Assembly: GCA_964016885.1 (NCBI GenBank)
Contig: OZ024741.1
Span: forward strand, 122,698,001-122,762,000
Direction: 5' to 3'
Length of the DNA stretch: 64,000 nucleotides
Source: Eledone cirrhosa
Lineage: Eukaryota
Both the position numbers and the translations under genes were made by a program. Positions 54,549 through 64,000 of the stretch are shown piece after piece. The notes below the pieces were generated by a model. That model was not told the origin of the DNA and searched no databases. It worked only from the letters and a program-made list of their open reading frames with translations. Position 1 is the first letter of the stretch, and each line of letters starts with the position of its first letter.

Positions 54549-57500
54549 ATGGCCGTATTCAGCATCGGAAGTGTAAACGTGCGTGGCTTGAGCTCGGTTG
54601 CTTAACGACCTCAGGTCACTAAACATAGATGTGGTGGCCATCAGCGAGACCAGAATCTCCGAAACGCAACTTTTCGCACCGATCTTCGACGGTTACCAGG
54701 TGTACGCATCTCTGAGCCGTCCGGGAGCGCGGGCGGAGTGGCTGTGTTGTTTCGGAAAGGCTGGTTCTCGCCATTCGGACCTTCTTCCTGGACCCAGAAG
54801 GTAAGTCGGTGGTGATGGACGTAAGCGGCACCGATGGCAACGCTGTCAGGCTAGTAGCCGTCTATGCCCCGAGAGGGACAGGACAGCCAGATTTCTTCAG
54901 ACGTCTAGAGACCTTTCTTGGAACGTCCCGCTCTTTAGTGTTAGTGGGCGACTGGAACGGTACCGTGGATGCACGCTGGGATTTTGTGGGGCTAGTGGAT
55001 AGGGGAGGAGGGTGCAAGAGCCTCACCAACCTGCTCATACGTTTTGAACTGTCTGACAGGTATCGACTGGATCACCCGAATGTGCCAATGTGGACATGGA
55101 CAAACCGCATCAGGTCATCCAGATCGTATCTTGATAGGGTATTCTGCAGAGAACTAGATAAGGCTAGTATAAGTTGTCCACAATTTAAAATAGTCAACTA
55201 CACAGACCACAAATTTGTGATCTATGAGATCGACATAGATAGACGTCATAGACAAGGGCCCGGTTACTGGAAGCTGAACGCGTCTTTGCCGGCGCGCAAA
55301 GCCTACAGAGACCGTATTAGCGTATTAGTTAAGAGGGTGTTGACGTGAGCGGTCGTCAACAACAGGTGTTGGTTCGCCCTGAAAAGGGCAATTAAAGTAG
55401 AGTCGATTAAATTTAGAAAAGGACTAGTGATAGAGGAAAATAGAGGAGAGGGAGAGCTAATCAGAAAGCTAGAAGAGGCGTTTAGGACAGGCATCGCAAC
55501 CGACGTGCTTGCAGCGAGATTTTCAACGCAAAACACGAAGGCTCCGTTGTCAGAGCTAGAGCGCGTGCTCTGAAGCACGAGTGGACAAAAGCCGTCCAGT
55601 GAGCCCGGGTGGCAGAGGAGCGACGTGGTAACAAAGCCACAATTCGGTCTTTATCTGACCAAACCGGGCGCGTGTTGCAGATGTGTGCAACACTCGAGCA
55701 GATGTGTGAAGCTTTTCAGCAGCACTTTTCTGAACTGTTCGGGAGCAGCGGCGGGCCGGATCGGGCTACGGACTGCCTCGGCTCTCGACGACCGCAGCAC
55801 TGTGTTGCGAAAAGCCAGTAACAGCCGGTGAAATACGGGAAGCGATGGCTAACTGCACGAGGGGTAAATCGCCAGGTTTGGATGGTCTTTCCTATGTGCT
55901 TTATGCGTATATGCCAGACTTGTTCGGTGACCTCTTGGCAGACGTCTACTGCAACTGGCAGCAGCACGGGAGCATTCCCAGTTTTGTGAGCCGGGGAGCG
56001 GCGGAGCTGCTGAGAAAAGACCCGAACAAGGGGGATGTTATCGATAATTTCAGAGTTCATGATTTTGTCCAACGTATTAGCAACGAGGTTGGCGCTTGTC
56101 AAGGGTCTGGTGGGAGATGCCCAAACATGCGCCATTCCGGACAGATCCATACACGACAACCTCCACCTCATGCGATACATCATAGAGAGAGTGGTTAAGG
56201 AACCTGGCACGGGTTGGATCCTGATCAACTTGGATCAATCCAAAGCATTTGATAGGGTCGACCATCGGTACCTGGCGGCGCTCCACGAGGCAGCCTGTTT
56301 CGGGCCCGTTTCCAGGGGTTCGATCGCTGCGATGTACAGCGACAATTGCTCAGTTGTGAGGGTGAACGGTCACCTGTCGCAGCCGTTCAGCATCATGCGC
56401 TCGCTCCGCCAGGGTTGTCCCCTCTCGTCCCTCTTGTAGGTATTGGCTCTCGAGCCGTTGCTGCACAAACTGGTGGCGATGAGGGGTGTCCCACGCGAAC
56501 TAGGATACGGGAAATCTGAGTCGGCTTAAGTCGACGACGTCACCGTGGAGGTGTCGAGCACCAGATACGTCCAGATTCTCGGCACCGCTCTCAAGGAATA
56601 CGAAGCGGTGACAGGAGCAAAGATAAAGCAGGAAAGTCGGTGGACTTGCAGCTCGGTACCTGGAGAGGCAAGTCCATGCCGTCCGACAGCGTCGTGGGGC
56701 GTTGGACGGACGGACCGGTTAAATTGCTCGGGGTCTGGTTCGGACCGGACAACCAGATGGAGAAAAACTGGAACGAGGTGACGAGCAAGGTGGCCTCACT
56801 CACCCAGAAATGGGCCGAGAGGAAGCTGTCCCTGAAAGGCCGGGCCGAGGTGGCGAATGCGTATATCGCATCCGTCATCTGGTACCACCTCACCGACGTC
56901 CCTTGCGCCGGCCCAACTTTCACCAAAATGGAGCGCCTCCTCTTCCGCTTTTTTTGGAAGGGACGCGCTACCATGGTCAGACGATCCATCTACTGTCAAC
57001 ACCCGTTGCGTGGAGGACTGGGCCTGCCATGGTTGATGATGCTTCCTTGACGGTGAACGGGCGTGGTCACCGTTCGCCAGGCACGTTTTCCCACAGCTCA
57101 TCTCCCTGACGGAGCTGCAGTCCTGGGTCTGGAAAAGACCGAGGGATAGCGCTTGGAAACTGGAATGTCTCCATGCGCTCATTCCCCTCTGCCAGCTGGG
57201 CACCAGTATCGCTGGAACATCCACCTCGGCGTTCTATAGAGGATTAGTGGAGGGGAAGAGCGACGATATTCTCGGAGAGATCCTGGGTGGCAAAGAAGAT
57301 CAGCTGTTTGCTCTCTTCCGGAGATCTGTCAGCTCAGGGCCTATGGAGAACCTCGAAAAAATCTGGTCTGGCACTACTACCGGGGAGCGTTGCCGTTTCG
57401 AGATAAGCTCTACAGGCACGGAAGTGTCGTCAGCCGAGCCTGTCAGAGATGCGCGCAAAGCGACGAAACCGTCGTGCACGCACTTGTTCAGTGCCCGAGC

Positions 57501-57839
57501 ATTGCCAACTTGTGGAGCTATGTTGAATAGTTGCTGTCGCGTGTAGGACTGATCCGGTTATCGATTGAGTCGCCGCCTTCCTTCGAGGAGGAAGGGCAGG
57601 CGGTTTTCATCTGTCTGGTGGCCATGGCGAAAGAGATTGTGTGGTGGATAAGGTTGAAAGGGTTAAAGACAAATACTTTCCTCTTCGGCGAATCCCTAAT
57701 TAACTTTTTCAAGTTTCACTTGAAGAGGAAAATCAGGGTGGAGAGGCAAGTGCTGCCTTCTAGCAAGTTTGTTGAAAGGTGGGTGAATGTAGCGAGAATG
57801 GTCCGAGTGAACGCGATCGCTCTGAATATACGTCTGTAG
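54549..57839 (+). pseudogene. Tx1-like ORF2 (APE, RT, zinc finger), multiply disrupted
   Basis: MAVFSIGSVNVRGL; ISETR; GDWN; GPGYWKLN; DQSKAFDRVDH; LSLKGRAEVAN. Confidence 0.9.
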
Positions 57840-58195
57840 TTTGAGAAATGGAAAAATTGAGAGAGGGCGCTTGCCCTGGTGGTCAGAGTGGCCGTGGTCT
57901 TTTGTGTTTTTTTTGCCACGAGTAACCCTCGGAGGTTTCCCCCCCTATTGGGGAATTTTTCATTGTTTCAATTTTCATTTTTATTGTTTATATATATATA
58001 TGTTTCTATGTCTTTATTTTTCTTTTCTTATATAAATAATAAAATTCTTTACACGCACCAAACCCACGTACCGTCCTGTACCGTCCTGTGCCGTCTGTAA
58101 TGTTTTTCTTGATGTCAGCCCTTGTGGCAAATAAAGAAATCATTATCATTAATATTCTTATTATTATTCTTATTATTATTATCATTATTATTATT

Positions 58196-61100
58196 GGCTG
58201 TCAGACAGTGAAGACGTGTTTTTTGTGAGCTCCATAATGTAATGAATTTCAAGAGTTTTTTAATTGTATTAGTAGCTGTATCTTTCACAAAAAGGGTCGT
58301 AAGACATCCATCTTTGCCCTGTGAAGGGGAGACGCTATAATATTTGGGCTTTTTGTCCCAAATATTTGAACCTTGTATAAACATATTTTTCGGAAAAAAA
58401 CAAAACCCACATGGCTGCCCCCAACACACACACACCTTAAGTCTGCTGTCATGTGACAGCGGCTTAAACGTTGAGAGGAGGGACACGGCAGACACAAAAA
58501 TATATACCACAGATACTTATAGCAATAACAAATTTAGCAACGCTATCAAAGACAACATGAACAACGACAGCAGCAACAGTGAGAACACTAACAAAAAAAA
58601 AAAAAACAACGGCTGTAATAGCGACACTCAAAACACAGATAACAGAATCAATGAGAACAAAAACAACGAAATGAACACCACCACCAAGAACATGAATAGC
58701 GATGGCACCAACAGTAACAAAGTGAGAAGGCCAGAAAGCAACAACAACACTGCAACGAGAACAACAACAACAACACCAACAAGAACAACGTCAGCAACAC
58801 CAAGAATAACTACAATAATGACAACACCAACAGCAACGACAACACCACCACCAACATAGTCAATGAAAAACAGCAAAACAGCAACAACAAAAAGAACGAC
58901 AGCAACAACAGCATCAACAAAAGGAGTACTTTCGCAGCCACAGTAGCAAAATCCAAACGCTGTACGATTTTGACCTTACAGAGAAAAAGGAACGTTTGGC
59001 TCAAGCGGAAAAAATTATTACAAGAGAGAAAAACCGGGCCAATTTAAACTTCCCGGCAGAGGTAATGGCAGCAAAGGAGATGAGAATTCTAAAATATTCA
59101 TTTCGGACAGGTAGAGGTAACACTGAAATGCATCGATAATGATGACATAGACTATATAACAAGGGCCAGATAATTTGGGAGCATGTTGGTGCTTTTCAGC
59201 ACTGAGGCCCTTTCTATCAAGCATTCTGTGGTCCCCTGCAAAACGGACCGAATCATATTGTACCCGTCCTCATGGGGAGGAGAACCGTAAGGGTTAGAGT
59301 TCTCAGAATTCCGCCAGGATTGGATTTATGGTTGTTCCTGGGATGCGTGGCGGCAGAGGGCCCTGACACCCTCTTCGACGTTAAATTCACAAAAAAGGAG
59401 AGAGAGGTGGTGGGACTGGTTTGGAGATTCTTTTCCAAATCAGACCTGAAGACACAAAGAACATACTGGACGGCATCAAACTACCTGAAGGGTATGAAAT
59501 CCAGGTAGTCACGGAGTAAACTGCCGCATTGTTTCGTGTGTGGTAAACACCTCAGAGCCTTTTGCCCTCAACTGAAAACTGCAGGGAGGGGGCACAAATC
59601 TCCGTTACTGCCAACACCGGTGAATGGAGGAGGGACAACACCAGCAGCTACAGAAAAAGAAACTGTACATTTAACAACAAGGACAATTAAATCCACCTAG
59701 GTTGTCGCCGAAACAAGTTCTCCCTCTCCCCCTCTATCAAACTCATACATACAGAGCAAAACGCACACACCGGTAAACACACACCCACTCCCCTCTGACA
59801 CAGAGTCCCCAGACACAAGTTCCTCCACTTCTCTGAGTGAAGATGAGGGGGAAACCCTAAAAACCTAAAAAACAAAGAAGATAGCACAAAAAGAAAAATC
59901 CAGCTCTACACACACCAACATGGACACAAAACACACCCACAGCAAATATAGATAGATCCACAAAAACACCAACTCCACAACCGCCATAGCCACCGGCACA
60001 ACCACAAGTCATCTGAAACAAAAGAAAAAACACCCAGACACCAACAACGACAGACACACCTAATTTCGTGTTAATAAGGAGGGCCAACAAACAACTTATA
60101 GCTCTTGTAACACGAAGTAAAGAAATCGAGAAAGAGGGAGAGATTTTTGGCTCTTGCACCCTGAAAGTGCTCCATACACTGCGATTGGTGCAGATGCCAA
60201 TACAAACTATAAAAATCATTAAGGAGAGCTTTCCTGACGACGGACGTGGGAAACCCTAATGTAGAAGCCATGAGTAGACTCCTAAAGGGGTTCCAATGGA
60301 AACCCCACCAACGATAGATGTCAAACCACCCTACCTCCACAAGACTCCGGGAGGTAAGTAAACCTTTCATTTCACACTTAGACTACCAACATGGTTATAT
60401 TGAGAGAAAGAAGGTTAAATGTTCAAGGCCAGGGGTTGCCATGGAAGCAGGGTCACCTGCTCAACGACCTCAGGTCTGTAGAAATGAATGTAATTGACGT
60501 CAGTGAGACCAGAATTTCCGACACGCTTTCACTAGCCCCCATGTTCGACAACTATCAGATCTTCGCATCTGTTAGTCGTCCGGGAATGGGAAGTGGGGTG
60601 GCAGTGATGTTTAGGAAAGGCCTGGATCTCGAGGTAAGGTCGATCTTCCGGGAGCCAGACGTAAGTTGATCATCCTGGGCGTGAATAACATCGAAACGTG
60701 GTGCCTTTAGACTGTTGGCCTTCTACGCCCCTACGGGGCGGACGGTCGGATTTCGTTGGACGCATATAAGTCTTTCTAGGTACGGGGGACTGGAACGGTA
60801 TCTTAGACGCACGTTTGGAAAAGAAGGTGAGGGTGTACAGAGAAGTGCTGCCCCCAGTACATTTGCTGAAAGGTGGGTGATTGTGGCGAGTATAACCCGT
60901 GTGAGTGGGCCTACTTTGATCATGCGCCTGTAGGCTGCTGAATTTGAGGAGGAGAGGTGTGCTCTTCCCGGGGGCCCGTGAAGCGTCGGGTGGTTCAAGA
61001 TTGGTCGGGTACCTGAGACAACTCTGGGTGGTTATCCCCCCTATTGGGGAATTTTCATTGTTGTATTTTTCTTGTTTATCGTTATTGTTTTCCCACTTAT

Positions 61101-61210
61101 TTTACTCGATTCTTGTGTAAAACCCCCACTGTCCCCGTCTATTGTATTGTTTCCTATATGTTGGCCCTTGTGACCAATAAATGAAACTATTGATATTATT
61201 ATTATTATTA
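58196..61210 (+). mobile_element. Third Tx1-like LINE: degenerate ORF1, APE start, large internal deletion, ORF2 end and 3'UTR
   Basis: VRVRVLRIPPG, CFVCG.HLRAFCP; VSETRISD; jump at about 60815-60840 to FAERWVIVA..RVSGPTL; 3' end ggcccttgtgaccAATAAA..(att)n. Confidence 0.8.
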
Positions 61211-61211
61211 C

Positions 61212-64000
61212 AGTTGCATTTATCTTGCTTTATGTTCATACGAGTTATCACCAAGTCACAACCGGTGGCCTCAAAGGACAACAGGGTCCGCCATGTTCAA
61301 GAAAGAACATACATACACACACATGCATCTTTAGGTGTTTAGACTTGTGATGCACTTATATTGACAGAATCTTCCTTAGTATATGGGCAGTTCCCATTAG
61401 TACTATCTTTTATATTTCTCCTATACGCGGGTTTCCTGGGATTTGCGATAAGTAATCATTAGACCCCTTAGGTATCATTCCTAGAGCGCCTACAACCACT
61501 GGTATTGTTTTAGTTCTCAATTTCCACATTTTTCCAATTTCTATCTCCAGGTCCTTATACTTGCTCAATTTTTCAAATGTTTTTATAGATACATTCTTGT
61601 CTATTGGAACGGACATATCAATTAGCAGGCATACCCTCTTTTTAAAGTCCTTCAATATTATATCAGGTCTATTCGCATCTATTTTTCGGTTTGTTTGGAT
61701 GCTAAAGTTCCACAAGATTGAGATGTGATCTTTTTCAAGTATGGGAGGTGGTTGATGCTCCCACCAATTCTTTTGATGGGGCAGGTCAAAATGCTTACAC
61801 ATTATCCAATGTATGCATTGTGCAGCTCTGTCATGCCTGTTTAGGTATTCGGTTGGAGCTATAGGACTGCACATTGAAATTATATGATCAATGGTCTCTG
61901 GCTGTTTTTTTACATACACGGCATAATGGGCTGCATCCATATTTTATTATGTTGGCTTGGTAATTTTTTGTTGGCAGACATTGATCTTGTACTGATATAA
62001 TCAGTCCTTCAGTCTCCGATTTCAGTCCAGAGGATGCCAACCACTGATGGGTTAAAGTTCTGTCAGCATCAGGATTGTTACCTCTTTCTGGGTATTTTCC
62101 ATACAGAGGTTTTTCTTGACATTTCTTAGCCAGTTTCTGTAGCAGTTCTTTCTTTACAGTTAGTTTTACCTGCTTTTCTTTTTCTGTGTTTTCCATTTCA
62201 GCAGTAAATGGGACTTCTGAAATTTGTAGTCCATTACTGTATCTTTGTGCATCTTTTGTAATGGAGTATGATCTTTTGATGCTTTCGTGTTTCAAAACGA
62301 GTTTGATCATCCAAACATGTGATTCCCTTAGATATGTAGATAATCCAATTGTTGCAGTTTTCAACGCAATATCTAACTGGATTAACCCACGTCCTCCTTC
62401 TTTCCTAGGGAGAAATATTCTATCTGTATCTGCCTTAGGGTGATGCATTCTGTGCATGATTAAGAATTTTTTAATTTTTGTATCGAGCCTACGTATCTCT
62501 GTGCTTGAGCAGTTGATGACATTGTAACTGTAGGTTACTACTGGTATGGCAAGCGTGTTTATGGCATCGATCCTATTCCTTGCATTCAATTCCGTTCTTA
62601 AGATTGCTCTTACTCTGCGGTAACATTTCTTCCTTATCCTTTTCCTCATTGTCGAGTGCTTGATTCCGTCTCCTTCACAAACACCTAGATATTTGTAAGT
62701 TTCCTCTTGATCAAGTTCTATTATCACATTCCCCCGATCAAGATTAATGTCTGAACTTTTCAGCAGCTTTCCTCTGGTGAACGTTGCTTTGGTGCCTTTT
62801 ATCTAGTCCAAATTCCATTCTAATGTCATCACTGAACTGCTCCACAGTGGATAGCCCTTGCAATTTTTCTTCATTTTGTGCAAATAGTTTCAGGTCATCC
62901 ATGTAGAACAAGTGATTAAAGGTTTTGTCATAGACTTTATATCGATGTATTGTTTCATTGAGCATTTTACTTAATGGTATAAGTGCGATGCAGAATAAAA
63001 GCGGTGATAAAGAGTCACCCTGAAAAATTCCACAATTAATATTAACTTCTCCAGCTTCCAGTGATTCCTTTTCACTGTTCAAAAGGAGTGTCGTTTTCCA
63101 TGTCTTCATACTGAATAACAGGAACCTCCTGACAACGGGAGATATTTTGAAAATCTCTAAGCATTTTTCAATCCAACTGTGTGGCAAACTATCGAATGCT
63201 TTTTTATAATCTATCCAAGCAATTGATATATTTTTGTGTCTATTATGACAATCTTCCAGTATCATTTTATTAACCAAAAGCTGATCTTTACAGCCATATG
63301 AGCCTCGTTTACACCCTTTCTGCTCATTGGTAAATAGATCATTTGTTATCAGGTGGTCATATGTATATTCAGTTAGGACTGATGTTAAAATTTTATACAT
63401 TGTGTTCAAGCAAGTTATCGGTCTGTAATTTTTGGGATTGTTTGTCTCATCATTCTTCGGAAACAGGAATGTAATGCCGTTAACTAGCCATGATGGTATC
63501 TTTTCTGGCTCCTTAACTATTGCATTGTAAAGTTGGACTAACAGCTCATGAGACTCTCTGAAGGCATTTATCCAAAAATTTTGTATTTTTTCTTTTCCTG
63601 GGGATTTCCATTTGCTGGTTTTTCTAAGAGCCAAACGCAACTGTTCAACTGTTATATTTTCCCATATTTGTTCCTCAAGGTGAGCTGTATCTTTCATTTG
63701 TCTGTCTATCCATGGGGCATGTATATTATGAATTTTTCTTCGGCCCAGATCTTTTACCAAAATTCTTGCACTTTCTCATTGGGTCGTATTGATTTAGCAG
63801 TTATTGTTGACTTGCCAATTTTTCTGTAGAAGTTTCTCTGATTGTTTTTGAACATATTATTGTCCTTATAGAATCTAGATCGTTTTTCAAAGCGCCTTAT
63901 ACGAGCAGCTTTGGCCGACACTTTTTGCTTGATTATTTCTATCAGCATGTCTATGTCACTTGTTGATTTTATACTGTATTTTCTTTTCAATTTTCTAAGT
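61212..64000 (-). mobile_element. R4/Dong-like RLE LINE (RT, CCHC, RLE), running off the window end
   Basis: WKSPG, NYRPITCL, EQKG, WIDYKKAFDS, GIFQGDSLSP, YMDD, CRVC..ETIDHI.S.C, RHD, NRPD, KY.DL, VVGALG; frameshifts; 3' end abuts (TAA)n. Confidence 0.92.

Larger units (their letters stand above)
52400..58195 (+). mobile_element. Near full-length Tx1/L1-clade LINE (ORF1, ORF2, 3'UTR, ATT tail); 5' end uncertain
   Basis: Same family as 8040-12184; 3' end gcccttgtggcaAATAAAgaaatc(att)n. Confidence 0.9.

Overview
AT-rich animal genomic DNA, intronic or intergenic, saturated with (TA)n, (CA)n, (ATT)n, (TATG)n and (GA)n microsatellites. The repeat landscape and the SINE family look like an octopod cephalopod; this is an inference, not a database result. 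No complete host gene is visible, only one candidate 36-nt micro-exon (20507-20542). Most recognisable sequence is retroelement: Penelope-like elements (PLEs) of Naiad and Neptune type, three Tx1/L1-clade LINEs, R4/Dong-like RLE LINEs, RTE-derived non-autonomous elements, tRNA-type SINEs and a hAT-type MITE. The most striking structure is not shown by the ORF track. About a dozen type-I hammerhead ribozyme motifs from several unrelated families, many followed by AATAAA and a (TA)n tract, occur alongside at least six head-to-head fold-back insertions with arms from 40 bp to 1.4 kb, whose two 3' ends point outward into microsatellites. Each retroelement class sits in its own microsatellite type: PLE in TA/GA, Tx1 and Dong in ATT, RTE and a second RLE family in TATG. 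All calls were made by eye, and element boundaries are approximate.
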